Below, piece after piece: positions 47,346 to 60,513 of a DNA stretch of 64,000 nucleotides. The notes under the pieces are model-generated. The model saw nothing but the letters and a program-made list of their open reading frames with translations. It was not told the DNA's origin and did not search any database. Where the stretch lies: the NCBI GenBank assembly GCA_951406725.2, contig OX597827.1, positions 21,514,001-21,578,000 on the forward strand. The letters run 5' to 3'. Both the position numbers and the translations under genes were made by a program. The stretch's first letter is position 1. Each line of letters opens with the position of its first letter. The stretch comes from Octopus vulgaris (taxonomy: Eukaryota).

Positions 47346-47469
47346 GTTCCTTCTTTTTCTCTGATAATAATAATAGTAGTAGTAGTAGTAGTAATAGTAG
47401 TAGTAATAATAATAGTAATAATAATCATAATAATTACAAAAATCAAAAGTTAGTTGTATTATTATTATC

Positions 47470-49095
47470 ATCATTTTTATATTTTACTTCTCAGAGCCCT
47501 GTTTTACTTGCTCTGGTCGATTCCTTGAGAGCTGGCAGCAACCTATTGTCAAAAGTCTCTCAGAGTTTCTTTCCACAAATTAAAAAACTTGGCACTTGGA
47601 GGTTAACTTATTGTGGAAGACACTCAACACCCAAGGATCAATCTCAAAATCCTAGTTTTTTGGGGCCTGCTCTGTCCTCATGTCAGTTCCTATTTCTCCA
47701 ACATATTTCTCAGTGCTGTGAGTGCCCCTACAATTACTGGTATAACAGTTACTCTCCTCATTGCCCACATTCTTGCAATTTCGTCTTTTAGTCGTCTGTA
47801 TTTCTTCATTTTCTCCAGCTCTTTGTCACCAACATGTGCATCCATTACAACAATGTCTGGGCCCTGAGCATCAACTAGAGAGTCACATTGGATTGTAAAA
47901 TCCTATAAGATCTTATATTCATATTCTCAGTGATACCTTCTACTTTATGTTCATACCATTTCCATGTCTAGGCTGTACTTCTCACACAACCTCCACAGAA
48001 CACGCTCAGCCACTTTATTGCACCTCCTTTTGTAGAGCTTTTGGCCCAGTTTGCTTCACTCCCTGACAACATGTGAGGTTGTTTCGTTTTTGCTGTCACA
48101 CATTCTACAAAGGAGCAACTTACTGCTGTTTGGAACTTGATATAATTGGTTCTCAGAATTTGTTCCTGGGTGTGGCATATCAATGTCGCAGTGCATCCTC
48201 TCTGATCACTTTTTCTTAGCCACCTCCAGGTGTTGCTCTTGTCTTTCCTTTCAATTTCTCTGAGGTATTAACCATACATTGTTTTCATTTTCCAGTTATT
48301 CTTTGTTTTCCATCACGTTTCGTGTTTTGGGTGTTACATTTTCAGCAGGTATCATGTTGCTCTTTCTAACAACAACAAACAAGGGTTCATTTTGCTGTTT
48401 GACGTACCATCCCAGACTGTTCTTCTTGTTGGAAATGGATCTTATATCGTATAGGGCCTCTTCCCCTCCCCCCCTTGTTCCTAGGCACATACAATCTATT
48501 AACATCACTTTTTGGTTGCAGTTTCGGATCTATTTGGTTTGAACGGCAGTTTTTTCTAGCAGTGTCATATGAAATTGTCACCCATAATTATGACCCTAGA
48601 ATCAATCTATTGCATTTCAATCTGTTTTAGAGTTAGGGTTAGTTAGGGTTAGGGTTAGGGGTGAGGGAAGGGTATTTTTTTTTCTTCACAAATGTAAATA
48701 AACCCAATCTGTTTCTTAAACGAGGGACATATTCATACGGCACAGAATGCTTTTTAACTCAATAGACGTCACTGATTGGTTGAAATTGCAGAAATTGAAG
48801 GAAAAAAACAACAAATATCTTAAAAACTATAGAATTTTCTCAATAAAGCCAAGAGAAAAAGATATTTTATAAACACATTCTATCAGTATACGAAGTTTAA
48901 AATTTTTTAGTTACCTAGAAATTATGTTAAAAACTGCCGTTCAAACCGAAAAGATCCACAGTTTCTTGTTCATTGTCATCATTTCCTCAAACTTATTCTT
49001 TATTCACCTACTAACATCTGCGCAATATTGCATTAAGGAGACTGCCCATATCGAGTTGCCTTGATCATGTTCTTTCCATTGAGTCTACTTCCCAT
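47470..49095 (-). mobile_element. R4/Dong-like LINE 3' remnant (restriction-like endonuclease)
   Basis: Fragmentary translation QEQILRTNYIK, CRMCDSKNETTSHVV, GPDIVV, VTVIPVIVGAL; ends next to a (TAA)n-type repeat. Confidence 0.65.
48526..48957. mobile_element. MITE with TIRs GGATCT..T.GGTTTGAACGGCAGTTTTT carrying a short TTAGGG tract (48627-48660)
   Basis: Left ggatctatttggtttgaacggcagttttt, right aaaaactgccgttcaaaccgaaaagatcc; interior shared with 32205-32410. Confidence 0.85.
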
Positions 49096-49984
49096 AATTA
49101 ATTATTATTGTTGTTACAACAATTGTGTTGTTTTGAAATTTGATCCACTCCACTCGATTTCCATGATTAAAACCGGTTTTAAACCTCAGGAATTTAGTAC
49201 TGCGCAAAATAAATAAACAAAGATAAAAACATCCTCTTTCACTTTTGTGTACTGAACTAGCTTTTGAATTTTTGCGATTTAAAAATAAAATTATACTTTA
49301 AACACAAGAAATTACAATACAGAAACAACAAAAAGAAGTCAAAATTCACTTCTTTATCCCCACCACCACCACCACCACCACCACCACTACCACCACACAC
49401 AGACCTTAATTCCAGTAACCTTTTTAATAGTCTTTGGACTTTTGTGTTTTGAACTCCAGATATCAAGAATTTGAAAAATGGTTAAAAAAGAAAAATAGGT
49501 CCAGGAGAAGAGTTAACATCATATAACTGGTCAGGTAGTTACCATTGGTTTCACGCCTACTATTGCACTTAGCAATATAAGTGATTCTTTTGGTGCAGTA
49601 ATAAATGTGAAACCATTGGTAACTACCTGACCAGCCATAACCGACGATATACAACTTGACCACATTAAATGTATCTGCTCAAAATTTTCTTTTCGAGCGT
49701 GTCCTTCTTTTTAGACTTATGGACTACTCACCAATTATGTGTGTGCGTGTGTATATAATTCAATATGTGTAATCATTAATCTATACACATTTATTTTTTC
49801 TATTTTTTCTTTCCTTCTTTCTCCATCTGTTTTCTCTTCTCATTCCTTTCTGAAGAAGAGTGTAAGCTCAAAATATCAAAGACTTTTCCATTTTTCCTGA
49901 GCATCAAACTAATACACCTTTGTTGTTCCCTTGTCTGTTTCTGTCTTCTGTGTTTTTTTTTTAGTTTTATGTGCAATTTTAAAC

Positions 49985-50034
<50 letters not shown>

Positions 50035-50972
50035 GAAGGTTGAAAAGGAACACACGAGTTGATATATATGGAATAAAAAAAAGTCAAGATAGAAAATGTT
50101 AAAATAATTTTATTAAAAATCATTTCAGAACTAGGTTTCAGTCATTGAGACTTTTTCAACTGTAAGTATGGAAAACAATTAAATTTCAGAAAAATCAAAA
50201 CAAAAGTTTTTTAAAAGAATATTTGCATAGTGTTCAGATACAAGGGGCATTTTCCTTGTTTCCATCCGTTTCTTTCTCTCTCTCTTGTTTACTCTTGTGG
50301 GTTCGAGGTCCTTGTGAATTCTTGGTAGGGAAGAAGAAGAAGAAGATGAAAAAGAAGAAGGAGGAGGGGGGGAGGAAGAATGCGGGAGTGCTATGACAGT
50401 AGTATGTTAAATGGTCAAGTGCCCTGAAAGTGACCCTTTGTGGATGGTAGTAGTGATTGAATTCCTGAAACATTCTTTTGAATGTTTTGTTTACAAAATT
50501 TGCATAGGTGTTATTCTAGACAGCAACAGTGGTAAAGTTAGGAAGGAGGTGGCAAAGAGGAAGAAGAAAGAGAAGGGAAAATAAGAAGGAATGTAAGTAG
50601 TATGATAGTAGTAGGGCATTAAATGGTCAAGTGACCTAAAATTGGCTCCGTATGGATTATAGCAGTAATTGGGACTGTTTTTTAATGAATTCTTGGGAAT
50701 CTCTTGAGTGTATCATTTTTAATATTTGCGTGTGTGTTTGTGTTATTCTAAGGCTGTGGTGGATATGTCGTTTGTTGTAGACATGTTCAAAAGGGTCTGT
50801 ATTTTGTAATAAAGAGAGTCCAATTTTTGCAGTGAACAGATGTGAAGTCGAGCAAAATGACTTGACTTAATTTTTATTTTTCCATATATTATTTTTGTAA
50901 ACCAACATATAATTGAGAATGACTTAAATCAAAATGACTTAAGCCAAAGTATGCCTGTATATACATACATAC

Positions 50973-51017
<45 letters not shown>

Positions 51018-51020
<3 letters not shown>

Positions 51021-51775
51021 TGGGTGCGATGAGTAAATTGTCATCGTTTCATACCTTTAATTTCGTGCATATGCATTGTTTGTTTTTGATTTTGTTGTCT
51101 ACACAGTATAGTAGGATCAGTTGGGCACTGTCTGTGAGAAAAACAGTACCATGACGCAATTAACTGTGCCAAAAATTTGGAAACAACATGCTGTACTGCT
51201 TAGCATTTCAGAGTGTTTGAGTGTCAATCTGAGGAAATGTACTGAGAGTGATAAAAAATCAAACATCCAGTCAACATCATGGTGTTTGGAGTGATCACTA
51301 GTGATGGTGACATTATGCCTCCATTCATCTTCCCACATGGCCTCAGACTCAACATGGAGGCCTACATCAAGTGTGTGGAGAAGGTAGTGCTGCGCTGGAT
51401 CAAGAGGACTCTGCACCATGCTGCCCTAGTAACAGCACTCTGCACCATACAACACAAGCAGGAGAACCCAATCATGACTGTCCAACAATTTCTGTGACCA
51501 CATCACCCCTAACATCTGGCCACCTAACTCCCCAGACTGCAACCCTCTTGATTATTATGTGTGGGGCACAGATGAGTGTTAGACCAAAAAAAGTCCTTGT
51601 AACACCAAAGATGAAGGCCATGGTTGAAGTCAATGGCAGTTTTATGGAATATGTTTACTCTATAGTATTTCAAGATATTTTTATAATTTTGGTAAATATA
51701 TCTGTTAAAATGAGATGTCAGGGTTATTTTCATTTTTGCATAATTTAGTTGACAATATATTCACTGCATCCTGTA
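51018..51775 (+). mobile_element. Tc1/mariner-superfamily (maT-like) transposon remnant
   Basis: MVFGVITSDG..PPFIF, QEDSAPC, WPPNSPDCNPLDYYVWG; imperfect TIRs tactgggtgc.atgagtaaattgtc / gacaatatattcactgcatcctgta. Confidence 0.8.
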
Positions 51776-51913
51776 CATACATGCATATATGTATGTATGT
51801 GTGTGTGTGTGTAAGTGTGTATATATGTGTGTGAGTGTGTATGTGTGTGTGTGAGTGTGTGTATGTATGTGTGTGTAAGTGTGTATATATGTGCGTGAGT
51901 GTGAGTGTGTATG

Positions 51914-51945
<32 letters not shown>

Positions 51946-52587
51946 CACACCCTGAATCCTTTTCACTGACCCAAATAAAATTCCATGCATTTTACTTCAA
52001 TGACCAGTCAACTATCACGTACATTCACATGTCAATAACCATTATGAAAACTAGACTTTCAACTGACTCCATACACACACACACACAGAGGAAACCCCCA
52101 AAGACAGCACAGGCAAGGACAGAGCTCCTTTAATTGATCGCTGTTGTTGTTTAACCCCGGGTCAATCCTGGTTGAGTAGGCCTATGATTAAATTTAGTCT
52201 ACCCTTGACTATTTTACTCTTCTTTAAGCCATTCTATATTTTGTTACAACTCGTCATCCTACTTTTGTTTGATGTTCAGCCGATAGTGGAGACAAGGTGA
52301 TTTGAGGCAGATTTGGTTGGTATTTCTAGTAATTCATGTGGCCACATATTGATTGTCTCATTAGTTTCAAACAGCGAGAGAGGTATGTTGGCATGATCTT
52401 TAAACATAGTTATGTGGGGTCAATTCCCTGGATTTAAACATGATTTTGTAGGGTCTGTTTAGCAATGGAGGTGGATATTCTGAAGGAACAGGGTTGAATA
52501 AAAACTGGGAACTCTGTTGGTAACAAAGGGATTCCCTTTCTGAGCAAAGGGCAGGTTGTATGATGCTTGTATACAGAGCATGGTGCT

Positions 52588-52888
52588 TGTTTGTTCCTTC
52601 TCGAGCCATGCCTGGCTCATAAGGACCGATTTCCCGGTTTCTTGGCGTATAGGTTCCCCACCTGGACGGGACGCTGGTCCGTCGCAGGTGAGCTGCAAGA
52701 TGCAGGAGGAAAGAGTGAGAGAAAGTTGTGGCAAAAGAGTCAGAAGAAGTTTCACCATTACCTTCTGCTGGAGCCGCGTGGAGCTTAGGTGTTTCGCTCA
52801 TAAATACACACCGCCCGGTCTGAGATTCGAACCCGCAATCCCTCGACCGCGAGTCCGCTGCTCTAACCACTAGGCCATGTGCCTTCAC
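52588..52888 (-). mobile_element. tRNA-derived SINE with 14-bp TSD, inserted into an old RTE RT remnant
   Basis: Head tggcctagtggttagagc...ggttcgaatc (A and B boxes); TSD cagagcatggtgct at 52574-52587 and 52889-52902. Confidence 0.9.
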
Positions 52889-53850
52889 CAGAGCATGGTG
52901 CTGCACGGTAATGAAACATAAGTCTTGGATACTAAGGAATTGGCTGGAAAGAATAGAGTTAAGCAGTCTCTGTCAGATATGTAATGTTAGTGTGAATAAC
53001 TGAGAAGCGGGGTGGACTGGGTATAAGCAGTATTGGGTATTGTATGTAAGTGGTGTCAGTGTGATGCTGAAGGGAGATGACAGTTGGGTAATGAAGTGCC
53101 AAATAATCCGAGTAGAAAGGGGAACCAGCTGAAGAGGAAGACATGATAAGTTTTGGGGGAAAGATGATGATGTCAGGCTGTTAAATATTTTTGAAGACAA
53201 ATGGACAGGATGATGGAGCAAACTAACTCAGCATGGAAGCATGGAGAAATGGACGCACACTGATAATGATGATGATGAAGAGGAGGAGGATAATGATGAA
53301 GAGGATGATGAGGATGATGATGAGGAAGAGTATAACGATGAAGAGGAGGAGGATAATGATGAAGAGGAGGCGGAGGATGACGATGATGACAATGATTAGG
53401 ATGATGATGATGAGGAGGAGGATGGTGATGATGATGATGAGGATGATGATGAGGATGATAACAATGGTGGTGGTGGTGGTGATTGTAGAAGTGATGGTGG
53501 TGGTAGTGGTGCTGCTGCAGCTACAGTCATTTTTGAGGGACATTTAACTGCTATTTCAAGACACTCCTACATCATCTTGTTACTGCTGTATGAATAACCA
53601 TTGAAATATTTCAGTTCTACTTCAATATTCTGTTCTATTGTAAATAACAAAATGAAACCTGAGCCCTTTTTTTTTTATTCCCCAATGACAGACAACAGTA
53701 ATTGGAAAACACAATTAGCATTCAGTGACATTTTCAAAAGTCTTCAGAATATTGCAGGTGGGGGGGAAGAGCCTGTCTTTACATGACCTACACCGTGGTT
53801 AAAGGAAGGTTTGTGTGCGTTCATGGATGTGCATGCGTGCGTCCATGCAT

Positions 53851-53883
<33 letters not shown>

Positions 53884-54352
53884 AACACACATATTACATT
53901 GATGATGTGTGTGTAAACAGACAGACTGACAAGCAGGCATATGTGTTTCAGACTATGCATGTGTGGTAGACTTCATCCATTGCCCAGATTTACACACCAC
54001 CTGATCCTTGGCTGCCTTTAGTAAAGTACCCACTTTTACAGGTATTTAAACCTGGTCTCTTCTTTTCCTCCTGCCAGTCATGGAGGCCCTGAACAGGATC
54101 CCTGGGAATTTTCCTTCCCCCTCCGACTAAACCCCTATAACCAAAATATAAAGGAAGGATTCAATGTAAAGTTGTCTTGGATAGAATTTGAACCCAGAAT
54201 GCAAAAACTTATAACTTCTACAAAACATTTTGTTCAATGTCTTACAGTTTATTATCCATTTGTGACGATAATATTAGTTCTGAAAGTGATTATATTTTTC
54301 TTATATGTAATATATATGTATATGAAACGTATTTTTAAAAATATATTTTAAG

Positions 54353-54540
54353 GTTAAAAAACAGCGGAATACCTGTAAGATTTTGCACCAATGAGAATGC
54401 TGTGACGAAAAAAGTCCTCACTGAAAAACTGAGGAAATTTGGTTTTGACATTGAATGTTCCCAGATATTTTCTCCGATTCCAGCTGTTTGCAGTGTTCTA
54501 GGAAGTCGTGGATTACGGCCACTGCTTCTTGTGAATCCAA
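54353..54540 (+). CDS. LHPP: LHPP exon 2 (LKNSGIPVRFCTNE...GFDI...GLRPLLLVNP)
   Basis: ttttaag| acceptor, |gtaagt donor, 188 nt; HAD motif II RFCTNE; in frame with any exon-1 copy. Confidence 0.93.
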
Positions 54541-55713
54541 GTAAGTTTTTCCCCTTCTTTTACAAAAATGTATGATTAACAAGTTTGCTTGCCACCCAAG
54601 TTGTTTCAGGTTTAGTTTGTTCAACTACAGCCCCAGGCCTTATGAATGAATTTGGTAGATGGAAACTGAAAGAATCCTTATGTGTGTGTGTGTTTTATTT
54701 GTTTATATGCTTGAAGGCATTCATGACGATGGGAAGACTATTTAGTTTCACAATTTTGGTCAATATAGAAAAGAATGGTGCAATCAAGACAGAATTAGAA
54801 GCGCATTGTGACCAGCAGTGTGTAACAACATCTGATGGTCTAGTCAGCACCTGATGGCCTGGTGGATATTCTGTGTGAATTTATATATCTATATTTTTAA
54901 TGTCTGCCGCCACCCGTTTGCCCCACCACACATGCACACACTCCTCATGTTCTCTCATCCTCTCACACAACCCAATGTCCGTATCTTCTCTTATGTTCAC
55001 CTTCTTGTTCCTTGATTGTTTGCTCCAGTACCCCCATCACTTCCTTCCTCTCATCTTCTCCTTTATAGCAAGACACCAGTGCTTCTTTCTTTAGCATAGT
55101 TTAGTCTTTCAACACCCAACATACGGCCACCCACCTCCCAAATACTTCCTCTTAGTACTGCAAGCTTTTCCCCCTTTCATTTTTCTCTGTTCTTTTCTGT
55201 CTTGGAAGTTCCATGGCAACTTCACTAGTGCCAGTAGCACAAACAAAAAGCACCCAGTACACTTTGTAAAACAGTTGGTGTTAAGAAGGGCATCCAGCCA
55301 TAGAAACCATGCCAGCGATGACATTGGTGCTTGATGCAGTCCTGCAGGTTGCTGGTTCCTTGTCAAACTGTCAAACCCTTGCTTGTAAGGAAAGCGGACA
55401 TTAAATGATGACGATGATGATGATGATATGGGCAATGACTCTGATGCTGTTGATAACAGCGGACACAGTGGTAGAGGAGGAGAAGAGTGGCAGTGGTGTA
55501 TTTAATTAACATTGATCTCTGAAATATTGACTGCAGTCTACAGGCTTCAGAAGACTTACCTCAACAAGGGAGAATGACTGGTATTGTTGCTAATATTTCT
55601 GTCATGTATCAAACAAAATAGAGAAAAGTGCAAACAAAATATTTGAAAACTTGTTTCAAAATATTAAAATTACTTTCCCAGAAAAGATGGCAACATTAAA
55701 ATGACTGAGGGCA

Positions 55714-56780
55714 TCAAGCTGGTAGAGTCATTACCAAACTGGTAATCAACCTGGTAGAATCATTATCAATCTGGTAATCAATCTGGTAGAATCCTTACCA
55801 AACTGGTAGAATCATTACCAAGCTGATAATAAACCTGGTAGAATCATTATGAAACTGGTAATCAACCTGGTAGAATCATTACCAAGCTGGTAATCAAGCT
55901 GGTAGAATCATTATCAAACTGGTATAATCATTACTAAGCTAGTAATCAACCTGGTAGAATCATTACCAAGTTGGTAATCAACCTGATAGAATCATTACCA
56001 AGCTGATAATCAATCTAGTAGAATCCTTACTAAACTGGTAGAATCATTACCAAGCTGGTAATCAAGCTGGTAGAGTCATTACGAAACTGTTAATCAACCT
56101 GGTAGAATCATTACCAAGCTGGTAGAATCATTACCAAGCTGGTAGAATCATTACCAAGCTGGTAGAATCATTACCAAGCTGGTAGAATCATTACCAAACT
56201 GGTAGAATCATTACCAAGCTTGTAGTCAACCTGGTAGAATCATTACCAAGCTGGTAATTAACCTGGTAGAATCATTACCAAGCTGGTAATCAACCTGGTA
56301 GAATCATTACCAAACTGGTAATCAACCTGGTAGAATCATTACCAAGCTGGTAATCAACCTGATAGAATCATTACCAAGCTGATAATCAATCTAGTAGAAT
56401 CTTTACTAAACTGGTAGAATCATTACCAAGCTGGTAGTATCATTACAAAACTGTTAATCAACCTGGTAGAATCATTATCAAGCTGGTAGAATCATTACCA
56501 AACTGGTAGAATCATTACCTAGCTGGTAATTAACCTGGTAGAATCATTACCAAGCTGGTAATCAACCTGGTAGAATCATTACCAAACTGGTACTCAACTT
56601 GGTAGAATCATTACCAACCTGGTAGAATCATTACCAAGCTGGTAATCAACCTGATAGAATCATTACCAAGCTGGTAATCAACCTGGTAGAATCATTACCA
56701 ATCTGGTAGAATCATTATCAACCTGGTAGAATCATTACCAAACTAGTAGAATCATTACCAAACTGGTAATCAACCTGGTC
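55714..56780 (+). repeat. Minisatellite of 20-bp (ctggtagaatcattaccaag) and 12-bp (ctggtaatcaac) units
   Basis: Visible directly; runs into a SINE body at 56781-56930. Confidence 0.93.
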
Positions 56781-57429
56781 GCAGCATTTCTTCCAACTTT
56801 ATGTTCTGAGTTCAAATACTGCCAGGGTCGACTTTGTCTTTCATCTTTTCGGAGTTGAGCACTAGGGTTGATGTAATCGACTTATTCCTCCCCCAAAATT
56901 GATGACTTTGGGCCAGATTTTGAAACCAATATTAAACTGACTGATTAATCATTATTACTGATCAATCTTTATAACTCATGAAGCAGATATTAGAGAGCAT
57001 TTGATTTATCGAATATTTTGATATCTTCTTTTTATATTTTGAAAGATTTAGTTGAAGGATGAGGGGACAGGGCTCATGGTCCCAAGTTGATGAGATTTGT
57101 CTGGTTATAATGCTCCTCCTTAATGTCAGCAAACCAGCGTAAGCAGTGAGTGATATTTGAGGTAACTCTGGTCTGCAGGGTTACAAGTGAAGTGGCTCAG
57201 TTAAAGACCTCCAAGATATGATGCATTATTAACTCAAATTCCATGTTAAGCCTGCCACTCAAAGACCATACTGTGGCATTAAACCCGTTACCATTTTAGG
57301 TCTCCCACTCAAACTAAAGCTTCTCGAAGGACCACAGTGTGGTGTTAAACCAAGTGATGTGTTAGATGTACCACTTTAATTTGTGATACTAATCAGTTGT
57401 TCCATTTTGGCTTATTTCCTGTCTTTCAG

Positions 57430-57583
57430 AGGCTGCAGAAGACTTTCGTGACATTGATACAAGTAATCCTAACTGCGTTATCATTGGTGATATGGCTGAG
57501 AATTTTACATATGAGGTTATGAATGAAGCGTTTCAACTTCTCAAATCTTTATCACATCCAGTTTTATTAGCTTTGGGAAGCAG
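57430..57583 (+). CDS. LHPP: LHPP exon 3 (AAEDFRDIDTSNPNCVIIGD...AFQLL...PVLLALGS)
   Basis: tttcag| acceptor, |gtaaat donor, 154 nt; IDTSNPNCV as in LHPP. Confidence 0.93.
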
Positions 57584-58520
57584 GTAAATATTGGTCTTTT
57601 TAAATCTTTTGATGTGGGACTGTTTTGGGGGTTTTTTTGCGGATGGGCAAGTTATGTATTCACCCAGATGAGGGGATCTTATCTTGTGGGTACTTGGTGA
57701 CCCTGTTGGTGCTGGTGTTACATAAAAAGCACCTCTTACACACTGTAACATTTACAGAAACCATGTCGAAACAGACGTTGGAACTTGGCACATCCTTCTG
57801 GTTTGTCAGTTCATGTTCAACCACACAACCTATGCCAGCATGAAGAAAGTTGTGTAAAATGGTAGGGCTAGTGGTGGTAGTGGTGGCGGCGGGGATGATG
57901 ATGATGATGATGATGATATATATCATTAGTTGCAAGAAAAACTCTTTAATTTGAAATGTGTAGGAGAAGCAATTGTTTAATTTCTGTTTTAAGAGGAAAT
58001 TCAATTTATTCAAATTCCCCATTTTATATTTTTCAACTCTTGATTTGAAAAATATTTTCTTTTTAAAATTGAGTTTTTGTTGTTATCTCTGTGGTTTGTG
58101 TTGTGGTAAACAAGGATCCAACAGAAATTGGTAACGGTGGAAGGAATTGGAATATTGGGTGCTGGCATAGCTGCTATATGATTGAGGTGTTTACTTCCAC
58201 ACCTAGTGATTTGGGGTTCAGACCCACTGCATAGCACCTTCGGCAAGTATCTTCTACTATAGCCCTGGGACAACCAAAGCCTTATCAGTGGATTTGGTAG
58301 ACGGAAACTGTAAGAAGCCCATTGTGTGTGTGTGTTTGTGTGTCCCAGTCTTGATACTGCATGATGCTTGTAAACTTGCATCGCCATGATATAAGCCATG
58401 TTGTTTGTTTTGAGTTTTCTGTGGAAACATGTCTGGCCATGGGGGAAAAATATGTTGCTTGGAAACAGGGTTGGTGATAGGAAGGACATCCAGCCAAGAA
58501 AAGCAATTGTGACAAATTCT

Positions 58521-59120
58521 TGTTTCTTTATTGCCCACAAGGGGCTAAACATAGAGGGGGACAAACAAGGACAGACAAAGAGATTAAGTCGATTACATCG
58601 ACCCCAGTGCATAACTGGTACTTATTTAATCGACCCCGAAAGGATGAAAGGCAAAGTCGACCTCAGCGGAATTTGAACTCAGAACGTAGCGACAGACGAA
58701 ATACCTATTTCTTTACTACCCACAAGGGGCTAAACATAGAGGGGACAAACAAGGACAGACAAAGAGATTAAGTCGATTACATCGACCCCAGTGCGTAACT
58801 GGTACTTATTTAATCGACCCTGAAAGGATGAAAGGCAAAGTCGATCTCAGCGGAATTTGAACTCAGAATGTAGCGACAGACGAAATACCTATTTCTTTAC
58901 TACCCACAAGGGGCTAAACATAGAGGGGACAAACAAGGACAGACAAAGAGATTAAGTCGATTACATCGACCCCAGTGCGTAACTGGTACTTATTTAATCG
59001 ACCCCGAAAGGATGAAAGGCAAAGTCGACCTCGGTGGAATTTGAACTCAGAACATAGCGACAAACGAAATACCGCTAAGCATTTCGCCTGGTGTGCTAAC
59101 GTTTCTGCCAGCTCGCTGCC
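58521..59120 (-). mobile_element. Trimeric tRNA-derived SINE with a single 14-bp TSD
   Basis: Three ~185-bp tandem bodies with one head; TSD ttgtgacaaattct at 58507-58520 and 59121-59134. Confidence 0.88.
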
Positions 59121-59426
59121 TTGTGACAAATTCTGTCTGACTCCTACAAGCATGGAAAAATGGATGTTAAAATGACCTGCTGGCAGCAACAGCAGCAATT
59201 GTTGTTTTTCATAAGGAAAAAAAATGTCAAACTGAAATGGAAGAATTAAGTGAAGAACTGTTTGTAAAAGAGGTGAAACTTGAAATTATTTCAACTTATC
59301 GAAAGGAAATAATAACAAGTGAGGAGATAAAGAAGATTAGATTAAGAGAGACAGATTTATACTTCCTGACTCATTCCAGTTGGAACCGGAATGTTAAACA
59401 ACACATTTCACTTTTTGATGTGGCAG

Positions 59427-60281
59427 ATGTACAGGTACAATAAACACTAGAAATATAGAGAAAATAGACTCCATTAAATGCCAGGGTGGGTACCTAGAAT
59501 AAATTGATAATTTCCGTTACCTTGGTGACCAAGTCAGCAGTGTATGTGGATGCTCTGAGAGCATAGCTACTAGAATAAGAAGAATAGGCTGGGCAAAGTT
59601 CAGGGAGCTTCTGCCTCTGTCGGTAACAAAGAGCCTCTCTCCCTCAGAGTGAAAGGCAGATTGTATGATGCTTGTTTGTGTACAACAATGTTACACGGCA
59701 GCGAAGCAAGGGCTGTGGATATGCAAAGGCTTGAAAGGAATGAAGCTGGCATGCTTTACTGGATGTGCAATGTCAGTGTGCATGTACGCCGGAGTGTAAA
59801 AAAATGGGTAGAAGAGGCATCAGATGTGGTGTGCAAGAGAGAAGACTGCACTGGTATGGCCATGTGATGCGTATGGATGAGAATATCTGTGTAAAGAAGA
59901 GCTGATCTTTAACTGTGGAGGGAACCTGTGGAAGAGGTAGACCCAGGAAGACATGGGACAGCATGATCTTCAAACGTTGGGTTTCACACAGGTAATTACA
60001 AGTGATTGCAACTTTTGGTAATTTGTTGTGCTTAAAAAGACTTGTCAAGCCGAGTAAAATCAAAGTTGTGGATGGTACCGTTGACATGTAACAGCTTCCG
60101 TGCTGGTGACAGATTAAAGCACTTGTGCCGGGGATATGTAAAAAGGCACCGACTACACTCTCAAAGTGGTTGGCATTTAGGAAGGGCATCCAGCCATAGA
60201 AACCAAGCCAAATTCAGAATGTAACCTGGCTTACCGGTTCCAGTTAAGCCATAAACGCTCAATGATGATGATGATGATGAT
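59427..60281 (+). mobile_element. Degraded 3' RTE fragment
   Basis: FRYLGDQV / KGRLYDAC / GRPRKTW homology, 3' UTR and (GAT)n tail. Confidence 0.85.
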
Positions 60282-60307
60282 TTGTTTTTCTTTCTTACAT
60301 TTTACAG

Positions 60308-60371
60308 CAAATTTTATCAGGAAAATGGCAAACTTGTCCTCGATTCAGGGGCTTATATGAAAGTACTTGAG
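60308..60371 (+). CDS. LHPP: LHPP exon 4 (KFYQENGKLVLDSGAYMKVLE)
   Basis: tttacag| acceptor, |gtaact donor, 64 nt; compare RYYKETSGLMLDVGPYMKALE. Confidence 0.9.
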
Positions 60372-60378
60372 GTAACTA

Positions 60379-60425
<47 letters not shown>

Positions 60426-60454
60426 CATTATTATTATTATTATTTATTTATTAA

Positions 60455-60504
<50 letters not shown>

Positions 60505-60513
60505 GAAAATTAT

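Noticed and set aside
46709-47791. 360-aa plus-strand ORF
   Set aside because: Antisense to the Tx1 ORF1 and Dong remnant; low complexity, no recognisable domain.
52820-52888. tRNA gene candidate
   Set aside because: It is the tRNA-like head of a SINE with a body and TSD.
53223-53547. M/R-rich and I-rich ORFs
   Set aside because: (GAT/GAG)n microsatellite translations.
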